Positions 47,777-58,104 of a stretch of 64,000 bases of DNA are shown piece by piece. How positions within the stretch are numbered: position 1 is the first letter of the stretch; every line of letters starts with the position of its first letter. The translations under genes were made by a program, and so were the position numbers. Source of the stretch: a virus; IMG/VR virus record IMGVR_UViG_3300043424_000316, positions 13,221-77,220 of that record. One strand, 5' to 3'. The notes beneath the pieces are model-generated. The model made no database searches and had not been told where the DNA came from. It was given only the letters and a program-made list of their open reading frames with translations.

Positions 47777-50413
47777 TTATCCAGGTTCTACAATTTGATC
47801 ATATAAATTATTTTTTAACGTTTTTAATACCTTTTTATCACCACCTTTAAGTGCTTTGTAATAACTATCAACTAAATCAGTTCTTCTAAATTGTCCGTTC
47901 ATTGTTGGTTCTATTTTTTGATATTCTGATGTTGGTGTTAGTTTGTGAAATGCACAATGTTGGCCTGGTTTTTTAGTATCTCCAAATTTCCATATAAATC
48001 CTTTTTGAGAAGCAAACTGACCACCTGCACCTGTAACCGATCCACTTTTTGTATTACCACCAAGTCTCCACATTGATCCATCTGGATTAAGATAACCACA
48101 TAATTCTATATGGCTTCCACGTGTAATAATAGAAGTTTCCCAACCTCGTTGACTTAAAAAATGTTCCATTAACTTTTTACCCATTTCTGTTAAACCACTT
48201 CCATTGTAATGAACACCATTTATGAAATATATTGAAATTGGATTCGGTAAAAGTGATTCATATACTTGAATTGCAATTTTTTCGGATTTTACACTTTCTT
48301 TGTTTTTTGGTTTTCCTTTGACTATAACTGTATTATTAGTTACAGTTTTCTTCTCAAAATGTGTCTTTTTGTAAAAGGTGTACATTTTATTAAATTCTCT
48401 TTGATCACCTTCCCCCGAAGATGGTGATCCCATTTTGTAAAATTCAGGATCAACTTCCCAATTATTTGTTTCAGGATTTATGAACATGGGTACATTGCCG
48501 TATGTGCCATTAGTTTCTTTTGTAATTGGGTTTGGTGTATTTGCAGAATAAGTAATAGTAACTCCATTTGCTACTGACCACTTAAATTGTCTTACTGGTT
48601 TATATCCAGAATGTTCACAAGCGTGTTTAGCAAACATTCCACACCAATGATGTATTTCTGCCCAATTTGAGTATTGTAAGTCCGTTCCAATCCCATATTT
48701 ACCAGTTGGACCAAATCCTGCATTTTCTTTAACCATTCTGTGTTGTTCTGTTTGATTTTCTGCAACATAAGGAACTACATTATTTGGTATACCAACTTCT
48801 GGAAAATTCATTATTATTGGATAATCTATCATTTTCAATAAACTTTTATCCGATGGAATATCTACACCAAGAACAGGTTTTTTAGTCAAACCGCTCCAAA
48901 CTGCACCAAAATACCATTTTACAGAATGTGTTAATTTAGATTCTACTTTTAACTCATTTTCTTTTAATCCTAAATTTTCAGTTTTTTGTGCTCGAAATCC
49001 CCAATTAGGACCTTTAACTGGAGGTGCTGATGTTAAGTTTATCAAGTGTGATGTTATTCTCATAGATACTGGAACCTCTGCCTTAGATTCTTGTAAATCT
49101 CTCAATTTCGCAGTTGTAAGTGCCTTACTATTTTCAACATTTACAGGTGCACCCTCTGGTGATTGATTTGATTTTTCTTTCGCTTCAAATTTTTGTTCAG
49201 GATCAGTTGGGTTTGTTGCTGGGTTTTCATCATTTGGTGTATCTGTATTTGATGCAGGTGGTTCTCCCAATCCCCAACCAACGTATGTATTTCTTGGACT
49301 ATCATCGGATGAACCATCTGGTTTTTTTAATCGAGAATCAACCAATTTCGATAACCACTCAGCAGCAGTATCTCCACCATTTATTGTTACATTTTTTGAT
49401 GAGTATTTTGTACCATTTATTATCAAATTACCGTCATCTTCAAATGCAATATCACCATCGTAATTAGAATTTGGTGCAGTTACACCAGATGGTGGTTTAA
49501 CAACAACGACCATTCCATATTTGGATTCAGGTTTTATCACATATCTAATGGAAGAAACATCTATTTTTTCAGATGGATTTTGAGGATTTTTCAAACCTAA
49601 TGCATCATTAAATTTACTAATCTTTTCTTCATCAGACAAATTAAAATAATCTTTTAGATTAAATGTTGTTGTTCCTACTGTAAATGTATCATCTTGCCAA
49701 GCAGCATTTTGTTTTGATATATCTGTTTCAGTATCGGAATACTCTGTACCTTTTCTATCGATTGGATATTGAACACCTTTGTACTCTACATATTTTCCTT
49801 TACTACGATTTCTACCCTCTCCAAAAAATGATGGTGGATTAGTACCAGTACCCTCACCGAATTGACCACTTCTATCTCCACCTGTGTTTTGTTCACCATT
49901 ATCTGGTGTATTATCTATGAAATTATCATCTTTTGGTGGTTGTTCTTCTCTTCCACCGCCAGTTCCACCACCGGTATTAGTTCCACCAGTTCCACCACCG
50001 GTATTAGTTCCACCAGTTCCACCACCGGTATTAGTTCCACCAGTTCCACCACCGGTATTAGTTCCACCACCAGTTCCACCACCGGTATTAGTTCCACCGC
50101 CAGTTACACCACCGGAGGTACTACCGAAAAGATTTGTAACAAAATCCGCAATAGCTAAATCTGGATTTGAAGATTGTACAGTAGTATTTCCAGATCGTGT
50201 TTGATTACCAGAACCACCTGTTTGTGTACCACCAGATTGATTTCTTCTATGTCCACCGTCTTTGTCTGAACGGTTCTTTGTTGAATCATCTAATGTATCT
50301 ACATCAGTTGTCTCCTTTTTTCTATTATCTCTAGCTCTAGTATTTAATGAATTTCTCGTGGTTTTATCACGAGGTGCTTCATCTTGTTCTATGTCATCTA
50401 CTGTTCTTGGCAT
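47777..50413 (-). CDS. Spike-adjacent protein with a disordered N-terminus and a putative CHAP/NlpC-type Cys-His hydrolase domain
   Basis: WCGMFAKHAC...GSHIEL...WRLGGNT matches the WC..F / GH / GGN pattern of CHAP-like amidases, but with a long insert. Confidence 0.5.
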   Translation of the reverse strand: MPRTVDDIEQDEAPRDKTTRNSLNTRARDNRKKETTDVDTLDDSTKNRSDKDGGHRRNQSGGTQTGGSGNQTRSGNTTVQSSNPDLAIADFVTNLFGSTSGGVTGGGTNTGGGTGGGTNTGGGTGGTNTGGGTGGTNTGGGTGGTNTGGGTGGGREEQPPKDDNFIDNTPDNGEQNTGGDRSGQFGEGTGTNPPSFFGEGRNRSKGKYVEYKGVQYPIDRKGTEYSDTETDISKQNAAWQDDTFTVGTTTFNLKDYFNLSDEEKISKFNDALGLKNPQNPSEKIDVSSIRYVIKPESKYGMVVVVKPPSGVTAPNSNYDGDIAFEDDGNLIINGTKYSSKNVTINGGDTAAEWLSKLVDSRLKKPDGSSDDSPRNTYVGWGLGEPPASNTDTPNDENPATNPTDPEQKFEAKEKSNQSPEGAPVNVENSKALTTAKLRDLQESKAEVPVSMRITSHLINLTSAPPVKGPNWGFRAQKTENLGLKENELKVESKLTHSVKWYFGAVWSGLTKKPVLGVDIPSDKSLLKMIDYPIIMNFPEVGIPNNVVPYVAENQTEQHRMVKENAGFGPTGKYGIGTDLQYSNWAEIHHWCGMFAKHACEHSGYKPVRQFKWSVANGVTITYSANTPNPITKETNGTYGNVPMFINPETNNWEVDPEFYKMGSPSSGEGDQREFNKMYTFYKKTHFEKKTVTNNTVIVKGKPKNKESVKSEKIAIQVYESLLPNPISIYFINGVHYNGSGLTEMGKKLMEHFLSQRGWETSIITRGSHIELCGYLNPDGSMWRLGGNTKSGSVTGAGGQFASQKGFIWKFGDTKKPGQHCAFHKLTPTSEYQKIEPTMNGQFRRTDLVDSYYKALKGGDKKVLKTLKNNLYDQIVEPG
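49959..50096. repeat. Five identical 27-bp tandem repeats encoding GGTNTGGGT
   Basis: CCAGTTCCACCACCGGTATTAGTTCCA x5, with one extra CCA between copies 4 and 5. Confidence 0.95.
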
Positions 50414-50441
50414 ATTTTTCTCTATTTTTGTTAATCAGTTA

Positions 50442-53213
50442 TCACCAAGCTATACCAACCGTTACTGGTCTACCGCTTCCCGCATATTTTTTACCATTTG
50501 CAAAAAATTGTCTTGATGCACTACCATCAGAAACACCCATATTTTTTACATTTCCTTTATAGTAATTGAAAACAGCAGTTGCAAGAGTACCTGGATCGGG
50601 TATGGATGTTGTTCCTGCAAACCAAACTCCATTTTTAGTCACTCCTATAAATGATGTTCCACTATCAAGTCCTAATTTATCCAACTGTTCTGGTGTGTAA
50701 GTGGAAACTTTTCCATTATCAATAACAAGAGCAGAACCCGGTGCAGAGGATTTTATTCCCTTTGCAGTATTTACTGCCTTATTTGCGTCAACTTTCGTAC
50801 CTCCTCCGTCAGTGTATATGGAATTACCACGACCTAATTGAGGACCATTGGCACCAATATAGAACATTGCTGCATATTTCCGAGCTACCTCAGCGGTCTT
50901 TGCACCATAATTAAGACCGTTTACCATAAATGTACCAGTTGGTTGTCCCCAACCCCATCCAGAATCACCCCTTTCAAACATACTCCAATTTATGTAGTTT
51001 TTAAGATTAGGGAATTGTTGATCCCAACTTCTAAATGGTTTACTAAATGGACTAGGTCTTCCTTGTGCATATTTTGCAACCCATGTATTATTGTAACTAT
51101 TTGTTCCAGGTTCACCTATTGGTCTGAATGCTTCAAATTCCCATTGAGTTGCACCATCAGAGTTTGTATATTTACCTGCAATTTTGTAAATTATTGATAA
51201 AGTAGATGGATTGGGTATTTGTGTGAATACTATTTTTCCACCATCTAATGAAATCATATTTCCAGATACACTAGCATTAAAATTAACATTTGCACCAGGT
51301 GTCTCGGATTTTGTGAATACTGTGTTAATATCATAAGTTTTATCTTTCCATATTCCTTCACTTGTAATAAAATCACCATCTATTTTTACAATACGATTTG
51401 TTGCATCTTCTTCAAATCCACCACCTATTTTGAAACGGTCTTTACCAATACTTTGATTTGTAAGTTTTTTAGTTCCTTTATTAGTAGAACAATCAAAATT
51501 CCCATATACTTGTTTTGGGGCAAAAGATAATGATGTCAGTGATAAACCACCGGCTTCAAAAGTTCCAATTTCAAATTCCGCCATACTTGCAGGAAATACA
51601 GTTATACCAACGTTACCCCTTATCCAATAATCGCCGGGTTTACCAGTTTTTGCATCCTTTACAGGTCTTGGTATTCCATTTAATGATGTTAATTCATTAT
51701 TTGAACAATCAAATCTAGTTACACCAGTTGAAGTAACTACACCTAAACCGGTTAAACTTGTAATTTTATTACCAGCACAATTAAATCCGCCTGGACCAAA
51801 TGTTGTGATTCCATTGCCATCTAATGATGTTAAAGAACATCCTGAAACATCGTAGATAAATTCATTTTGACTTTTATTTGAATCGGTTATTCCTCTTATT
51901 ATTTTTGGTCCACCAACTAATGTTGTTAAACTTTTATTATCACTTGCAATAAATCTACCAACCTCTTGTGGTCCACCAGCGAGTGTTGTTAAATTATTTT
52001 TTGAACAATCAAAAGTACCAGTAACAGTTTTTGGAGAATTTGCTAATGTTGTCAGTGTTACCTTTTGACAATTAAAGTTGCCGTTTATTTTACCGAAAGG
52101 TATTGTAAACTTTCCATTTTCAATCAATCTAACTGAATCTTTTCTATCAGGAACATTTATTTGAACATCACCATCTATACTAACAGAACCATCTGTTTCT
52201 ATTGTAATTGTTGCAGTATCACTGATTCTTAATTGTGGTGCCTTATCAGTTGATTTTTTCGGTTTACCATTTTTATCATATTCAACTTTACCGTCTTTAA
52301 CAATCCAACCACGCATTATGTTTATCTTTTCAGATAAAGAAGATGTATCGGTTTCTTTTTTTACATCATCTGGTGTTTTATTACCATCCGAACCTGCATT
52401 TGGATCAGACGTATCTTCTTCTCTGTCTGGAAGACCTTCTTTATTTTCTTCTGATGTTTTTGTTTCTACTAATCCCCATGAATCCATTATAGCATTTGCA
52501 TCGGAATCACCTTTTAACTGTTCACGCCAATACTTTAATGCAGATGAATTATCAAATTCAAACAAAACTTGTAATGCAGAATACTTTACACCCAAAACTG
52601 TTATGTATCCAGTTCTATCAAATATGAATGAATTTTCTGCACCTGCTATTTTTATTATTGCTTCAAATTTTGCAGGAACTGCACCGTTTTGTCTTTCTGA
52701 TGTATAGTATAGTTTTTGAGCTGTTATATTTTTGATGTCAGAAGAAGTGCCCTCTTTTGGTATAGAATCATCAGCAGTTCCCCCACCACCTTGAAGTCCA
52801 AACTTTGCACCAGGTGGTGATAGTTTTCTTTCTGCTTGTCTTATTACTTTCTTGGTTTCATCTATTGGTGCAAATCCTAAGAATACAGGTGGTTCTTGGT
52901 CATAATCATAAAGTGCCTCACCACCAGTTTTTTCAATTTCAAAGTATTCCATTGGTACTTGATGGTCTGAAATGTATATTGGATTTACTAATTTTGTTTC
53001 GTAATTTGGATTTTCTTTTTTCTTTTTAATTTCCTTAATAGAATCAGGTGTGAAGTATTTTTCATTTTTTTCCAAATACACACCCATTCTTGCCAATGCA
53101 CGCAAAAAGTATGTACCTTCTTCTCCAGGTTTGTGTATATCTCCACTAGCATACGCATATCGGTATGTTAGTTTTTTAGTTAATCCAAGATCTATTCTTT
53201 CTTTGTCTGTCAT
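50442..53213 (-). CDS. Spike-adjacent protein with LRR-like repeats and a C-terminal phosphodiester-glycosidase (NAGPA/DUF2233)-like domain
   Basis: Repeats GxFxCxxNxLTxLxGxP at about 51470-52090. C-terminal PTGTFMVNG, GSALVIDNGK, SFIGVTKNG and DGSAS. Confidence 0.5.
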   Translation of the reverse strand: MTDKERIDLGLTKKLTYRYAYASGDIHKPGEEGTYFLRALARMGVYLEKNEKYFTPDSIKEIKKKKENPNYETKLVNPIYISDHQVPMEYFEIEKTGGEALYDYDQEPPVFLGFAPIDETKKVIRQAERKLSPPGAKFGLQGGGGTADDSIPKEGTSSDIKNITAQKLYYTSERQNGAVPAKFEAIIKIAGAENSFIFDRTGYITVLGVKYSALQVLFEFDNSSALKYWREQLKGDSDANAIMDSWGLVETKTSEENKEGLPDREEDTSDPNAGSDGNKTPDDVKKETDTSSLSEKINIMRGWIVKDGKVEYDKNGKPKKSTDKAPQLRISDTATITIETDGSVSIDGDVQINVPDRKDSVRLIENGKFTIPFGKINGNFNCQKVTLTTLANSPKTVTGTFDCSKNNLTTLAGGPQEVGRFIASDNKSLTTLVGGPKIIRGITDSNKSQNEFIYDVSGCSLTSLDGNGITTFGPGGFNCAGNKITSLTGLGVVTSTGVTRFDCSNNELTSLNGIPRPVKDAKTGKPGDYWIRGNVGITVFPASMAEFEIGTFEAGGLSLTSLSFAPKQVYGNFDCSTNKGTKKLTNQSIGKDRFKIGGGFEEDATNRIVKIDGDFITSEGIWKDKTYDINTVFTKSETPGANVNFNASVSGNMISLDGGKIVFTQIPNPSTLSIIYKIAGKYTNSDGATQWEFEAFRPIGEPGTNSYNNTWVAKYAQGRPSPFSKPFRSWDQQFPNLKNYINWSMFERGDSGWGWGQPTGTFMVNGLNYGAKTAEVARKYAAMFYIGANGPQLGRGNSIYTDGGGTKVDANKAVNTAKGIKSSAPGSALVIDNGKVSTYTPEQLDKLGLDSGTSFIGVTKNGVWFAGTTSIPDPGTLATAVFNYYKGNVKNMGVSDGSASRQFFANGKKYAGSGRPVTVGIAW

Positions 53214-53227
53214 TTTATCTCAATGAA

Positions 53228-56200
53228 TTATTTTTTAATTTCTATGTACCAATTTATATCTCTTGGGTTGTATACAAATCCAGGAGGAGCATTTCCTACT
53301 AATGTTATTTCACCTGTATTTGAATCTTGAATTATATCCGTAACCCAATCATATGTATAAATAACATAATTTCCAGCAAGTGCCTCTCCGGTTACACCAC
53401 CATCTGGTGCAGATGTTTTTGGAACATCAACAACATACTTATCATCAACATTAAATGTATCACGCCATTTATCCGGACCTGCCTCATCCAATAAATCTGC
53501 ATAAGGATCTGCCGTTAATTCACCTGCACTATCATATATGTCTTTTAGTATACCTTCTTTTTCTATTTCTTCACGAGTGTCTACGATTTCATCATATACA
53601 CCCATCATTGCTGCTTCGTTTTCTAAAAGGTTTGGCGTATTTTTAATACTTTCATATTTTTTCAACAATCTATTTTTTATCTCAATACCTTTTGCCAAGT
53701 TATTTCTAAAAGTCAATGCTTTTTCAATAACTATACCACATTTAACTATACTAAGTCCAGGAACTTCTATATGAGTTATATCTTCATTATTAGAATTTTT
53801 TTCAAATGGTGGTTTCAATTCTTTTATGTCAGTAAATCCAAGAGCAGCAGCTATGGTCTGTTTCATTTTTGGATCAAGTACACCTTGTCCTGGTATAACT
53901 TTCCTAACCATTTTACCAGAACTGGTATCCTTTTCCATTACTACTTTATTGTATTTTTCCCAAACTTCACCATTTGCACCAAACTGATTCAGTAGTTTTT
54001 GACCTACACTATCAAACAATCCCTTAAAATAATCTTCTTTTTCTTTATCACTCTTGAATCTTTTTCCGGTTGCCATATCGGTCAAATCGCCTGCAATAGG
54101 AATGATAGTTCCTAATGTATCTTCACTAACACCGAGTTGTTTTGAAATCTTTTTCTTCAATTCAGGTGGTAGAGAATTGTAATGCTGAAATCCTTTGGTT
54201 GATAATTCGTATAAGTTTTTTGCACCACTTAATACTTCATAATATCTAATGATTTCGGATTGACTGACACCAACCATTCCACCAACCGAAACGATAAGTC
54301 CTTGTACTGCAGGTGGTAGATTTTTGAAATCAACTGCATCAAATATAGACAAAAACTGTTGTTTTTTATATGTGTTGTAAACAGCTAATGCATTAGCAGC
54401 GGTTTTTGTTGTTTGGAATCCTTCTTCCATTTTATCTGCATTTTCTTTTTCTGCATATGAACCACGAATAAATCCATCGAATCCAATTTCTTCGGTAGTA
54501 GATTCACCTTCTGCCAATATAACATCTGCTTTCTCATATGTTATACTACCATTTGGATTTTGTATTTCTATAAGTGGTGTTGTATTTCCAATGTAATGAT
54601 ATTTTATTTTGAATGGCAAATAACCTTTTCTTATTTTATTAGAACCACGATATTCAAATAAAGGATTAAATTCACTATTATCTAGTTGAATAGTTAATAC
54701 ATCAGTTCCACTTGGAAATATACCATAAGATCTAAAATCTACTCCAGTTTCTTTTCCAATAGTACCATTGTATGTTATCTCACAAGATTGACCTGTGCTT
54801 GATATATTAACTGCATTAGCGAAAGATGGATCAGGAATTGTTGAGTTTCCAGATTTCAATGCAGCAGAATTTGTTACAGATTTTATTGGTATGAAACTTC
54901 CATTACCTTGTACTTCTGATTGAATTTCTATTCTTGTTAGAATTAAAGTATTTCCTGGAACTTTTGTGTATGACGGATTATCAAGTTTTATCACCAATGT
55001 ATCTTTGTTCGGAATCTCATAATTTTTTACTACAACCGATCCAAGTGATATATCTTCAAAAATTTCACCAGTAATAATACTTTTTATTTCAGGATCAACA
55101 TCATCTATTGATTTTTTATCTAATTCTTTCAATAAAACATTTTTTAATTCATCGTATTTCCCATCATCTACCAATTCTTGAACTTGAAGAATTTTTCTAA
55201 CAACCCAAGTTACTCTACGAAGAACATTTGGATTTACACCCAAAAACTTTGAAATATGAATTTGTTGTCTTCTTGTTAATTTATCAAAATCTAATAGTGT
55301 TTTCAAATTGGCAAGAAGTACGGTTGTTACATAAGCAGTTTTACCTTGTGTATATGCACGGTATAGTTTTGCAGACAATGATAGTGCTCGTATACCACTT
55401 TTAATAATAGGTGTATATTGACCAGACGTAAGTCCATCTAATGCAGCAACTGGAAATCCAATTATAGTTGTAAATAAATTAGTTTCCCGATCTTTTTCAG
55501 ATTCTAACTGTTTATTAGCATCCTGTAAAGTGTAACCTTTCGGTATCTTTGATCCAAGAAGTGATGTTACTTGTTTACTTGCCCACCCTACACCTTCTCC
55601 GATATATCCAGCTGCTCCGCCCAAAACACCACTGATATAATCCATTGCATCAGTAACATATTTGTCTACTGATCCAGTAACAGAATTTAATAACCCACCA
55701 TCACCTAATAATGAATTTGATTTTATTTTTATGGTTAAGTATTCGTTTTCAATGTTGGTTCCGGAGTCCATTGGGTCTGGCAACTTAAATTGACTTGCCT
55801 GTTTATCCCAATTAGCCCAAACTTTCAGTGTCATATTTACTGCAACACCAGTTTTGGATGTGTCTAAAACTCCAAATTTATCAACTAATAAATTTGCAAT
55901 ACCAAAAGGATCAGGTGCACCGACTATTTTACATTTCCAAACCAGAGCGTGTTTAGAAGCATATTGTCTTATTTCTGAATCATCCGCAAATTCTGCTTTA
56001 TACTCACCATATGCATCTGGTGCACTTACACCGTTATCTGTATAATAAGCAGCATTTACTAATGTTCTTTCCCAAATTTCTAAATCTCTGTTGCCCGGTG
56101 GTCCATTTACGAATTGAATATACTCTAATAGATCAACAGAATCTCCCTGAAATACTTCAATCTCGTATGTTTCCCCTTTCTGTTCTACATTATTATCATT

Positions 56201-56254
56201 TGCAGGAATACTTGGGCTATATTTTGTTTTTCTTTTATTCCAAAGTATTGGCAT
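53228..56254 (-). CDS. Large hypothetical protein in the baseplate hub region
   Basis: 1008-aa ORF translationally coupled (TAATG) to the spike-like gene. No motif recognised. Confidence 0.6.
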   Translation of the reverse strand: MPILWNKRKTKYSPSIPANDNNVEQKGETYEIEVFQGDSVDLLEYIQFVNGPPGNRDLEIWERTLVNAAYYTDNGVSAPDAYGEYKAEFADDSEIRQYASKHALVWKCKIVGAPDPFGIANLLVDKFGVLDTSKTGVAVNMTLKVWANWDKQASQFKLPDPMDSGTNIENEYLTIKIKSNSLLGDGGLLNSVTGSVDKYVTDAMDYISGVLGGAAGYIGEGVGWASKQVTSLLGSKIPKGYTLQDANKQLESEKDRETNLFTTIIGFPVAALDGLTSGQYTPIIKSGIRALSLSAKLYRAYTQGKTAYVTTVLLANLKTLLDFDKLTRRQQIHISKFLGVNPNVLRRVTWVVRKILQVQELVDDGKYDELKNVLLKELDKKSIDDVDPEIKSIITGEIFEDISLGSVVVKNYEIPNKDTLVIKLDNPSYTKVPGNTLILTRIEIQSEVQGNGSFIPIKSVTNSAALKSGNSTIPDPSFANAVNISSTGQSCEITYNGTIGKETGVDFRSYGIFPSGTDVLTIQLDNSEFNPLFEYRGSNKIRKGYLPFKIKYHYIGNTTPLIEIQNPNGSITYEKADVILAEGESTTEEIGFDGFIRGSYAEKENADKMEEGFQTTKTAANALAVYNTYKKQQFLSIFDAVDFKNLPPAVQGLIVSVGGMVGVSQSEIIRYYEVLSGAKNLYELSTKGFQHYNSLPPELKKKISKQLGVSEDTLGTIIPIAGDLTDMATGKRFKSDKEKEDYFKGLFDSVGQKLLNQFGANGEVWEKYNKVVMEKDTSSGKMVRKVIPGQGVLDPKMKQTIAAALGFTDIKELKPPFEKNSNNEDITHIEVPGLSIVKCGIVIEKALTFRNNLAKGIEIKNRLLKKYESIKNTPNLLENEAAMMGVYDEIVDTREEIEKEGILKDIYDSAGELTADPYADLLDEAGPDKWRDTFNVDDKYVVDVPKTSAPDGGVTGEALAGNYVIYTYDWVTDIIQDSNTGEITLVGNAPPGFVYNPRDINWYIEIKK

Positions 56255-57750
56255 TATAGTGGTCCTCCACCATCAGAATCACCACCAGGAATTATAGATG
56301 CACCATAGTCAAATTTTGGATCAGTTTCACCTAATATCTCGTCTAAGATTCTAACCTTTTCTTTTTCCAAGTCAGACATTTCTTGAACTAATGTTAATGC
56401 ATCTTGTTCAACTAATGCTTCTTCTTCTGTTTCTACCAATACTCTTGAACTATCACCAACTACTGCGTATGAACTTTCACTTATAGGTTCCTCTGCCTCA
56501 GAAACTTCTTTCTCAGAAGGACCACCTGCCTTTTCATTCACAAAAGCAAGTTGACTTGGTAAATCTTTTATAGCACTTTTCAATTCATTCAAATGTGAAT
56601 ATGCAGTAGAAAAATTTGCAACATTTATAGGAACACCAGAAGGTCCAGTTCCAGTAGGATGTGTCTGTTCTGTTATTGCCTTAGTTATATTCATTAAAAC
56701 TTCACACAAATTATTCAACCAATTCATAGTTCTTTTACCCAAAAGAATTGGTTCTATTGCATTCATTCCAAGACTTATTTTTTGAGAAGATTCTATCTCT
56801 ACAACTTGTCTACCATCCAATGATATTCCTTTCTCAGAAGAAAATCCAATACCTTCTTTACTAAAACCAATCAACTCTTGTTTACGAGAATTGAAAACAA
56901 TTCTATCAGATGCTATCATTACAGCATTTCCACCATATTCATTTTTTGTAAATAGGTTTATACTTTTATCTGTAATTGATGGTGTGTATGTAGAAGCTGG
57001 TTCAAATTTTACATATTGTCCTGATGTCATCCATATTGTAGAATCATCAGTATCTATACTTTCAAGGATAAATTCATTTCTTGGAAGTTTATCTGGATTT
57101 GTACCGTTTGATATTATTAAGATTGGATTTCCGGTTGCACCCAAGCCCTTTTTCCACGTTGGAACTTGTGGGTACTTTCTTCTTTCATCTATTGTTGATC
57201 CAAATCGTATAGATTGTCCCCATCTACCTTCAAGTATTATATCACCAGAATATGGTTGAATTGGATAAACGTCTTTTCTTTCAACAAAGATTGGATCTAT
57301 TGGATAATCGGATTGTACACTTGATTTTGCAGAGTGAGTCAAACCGTCTCTTGCCGATTCTCTTGATTGTGCATCACCGGTACTATAATTACTTAACCAA
57401 TGTGTCAATCCAGGAAGACCATTGTGGTGAATGGATGATTGTATAGAAACTGGATTTGAATAGTAGTATTCTTGTGAGACGGCACCAGCACTTGCATGCG
57501 GCGATGGTGCCTTTGTCACAAGTATTACTTCGCCTCTAATTGGGATATTTTTTATATTTACATCGAGCGCCCTTGCACGGATAACATCTTTTTTGTTGTG
57601 TCCAGATGCACCCGCATATCTACACAATACGGTATAGAGTGCGGTTTTATCTAAACCTTCAAAATCAACATCTAAAACTTCAGCAGGAAACCATTCTCTA
57701 GGAAAACCATCAAGAATTGTTACCTGCGGATTAAAGGGTAGGCCGCTCAA
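56254..57750 (-). CDS. Baseplate hub/central spike (gp5-like) protein
   Basis: OB-fold-like N-terminus (IPIRGEVILV), GDIILEGRWGQSIRFGS, beta-helix-like SDRIVFNSR..., EPILLG and THPTGTGPSGVP tip-like motif. Confidence 0.6.
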   Translation of the reverse strand: MSGLPFNPQVTILDGFPREWFPAEVLDVDFEGLDKTALYTVLCRYAGASGHNKKDVIRARALDVNIKNIPIRGEVILVTKAPSPHASAGAVSQEYYYSNPVSIQSSIHHNGLPGLTHWLSNYSTGDAQSRESARDGLTHSAKSSVQSDYPIDPIFVERKDVYPIQPYSGDIILEGRWGQSIRFGSTIDERRKYPQVPTWKKGLGATGNPILIISNGTNPDKLPRNEFILESIDTDDSTIWMTSGQYVKFEPASTYTPSITDKSINLFTKNEYGGNAVMIASDRIVFNSRKQELIGFSKEGIGFSSEKGISLDGRQVVEIESSQKISLGMNAIEPILLGKRTMNWLNNLCEVLMNITKAITEQTHPTGTGPSGVPINVANFSTAYSHLNELKSAIKDLPSQLAFVNEKAGGPSEKEVSEAEEPISESSYAVVGDSSRVLVETEEEALVEQDALTLVQEMSDLEKEKVRILDEILGETDPKFDYGASIIPGGDSDGGGPL

Positions 57751-58093
57751 TGTTATTCTCCTCTTGATTCTCTTTTATTTCTTGAATACCTTCTAATAAG
57801 GCCTGTTTTTCTTCGTCTGTCAAGAATGAGGAGGATTCTTCACCAGTGTTAGACATAGCACGTTGTATAACCGCAGCCAATTTAACTAAATGTTCATCAT
57901 TCTTAACACCGACTTCCATGAAATCTTTTATAGCAGGAACTAAAATTGCAGCATCACTTATGTTATTCAACATAGGTTTTAAGTCAGCAATAAGTAGATT
58001 TATCTGACGATCTTTCTTCTTCTGATTGTCATAGATGTCCTTTAACAAATCAGAGAATTTTTTATTTCCAAAAATTTCTTCATTTAGATTCAT
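57731..58093 (-). CDS. Helical hypothetical phage protein
   Basis: 120-aa ORF heading the baseplate operon. The ATATTTAT motif lies 4 nt upstream of its ATG. Confidence 0.65.
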   Translation of the reverse strand: MNLNEEIFGNKKFSDLLKDIYDNQKKKDRQINLLIADLKPMLNNISDAAILVPAIKDFMEVGVKNDEHLVKLAAVIQRAMSNTGEESSSFLTDEEKQALLEGIQEIKENQEENNIERPTL

Positions 58094-58104
58094 ACGTATA
58101 AATA

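Noticed and set aside
49959-50096. CRISPR-like array
   Set aside because: The repeats are contiguous with no unique spacers and are in frame within a coding linker.
53228-56254. Tape measure protein
   Set aside because: It is only partly helical, has a beta-rich middle and lacks periodic repeats, so support is insufficient.
38876-57750. Extracellular contractile injection system or T6SS locus
   Set aside because: The baseplate genes are co-oriented with primase, resolvase, SbcCD and a phage-type sigma factor, and there is no bacterial housekeeping context. A phage explains this better.
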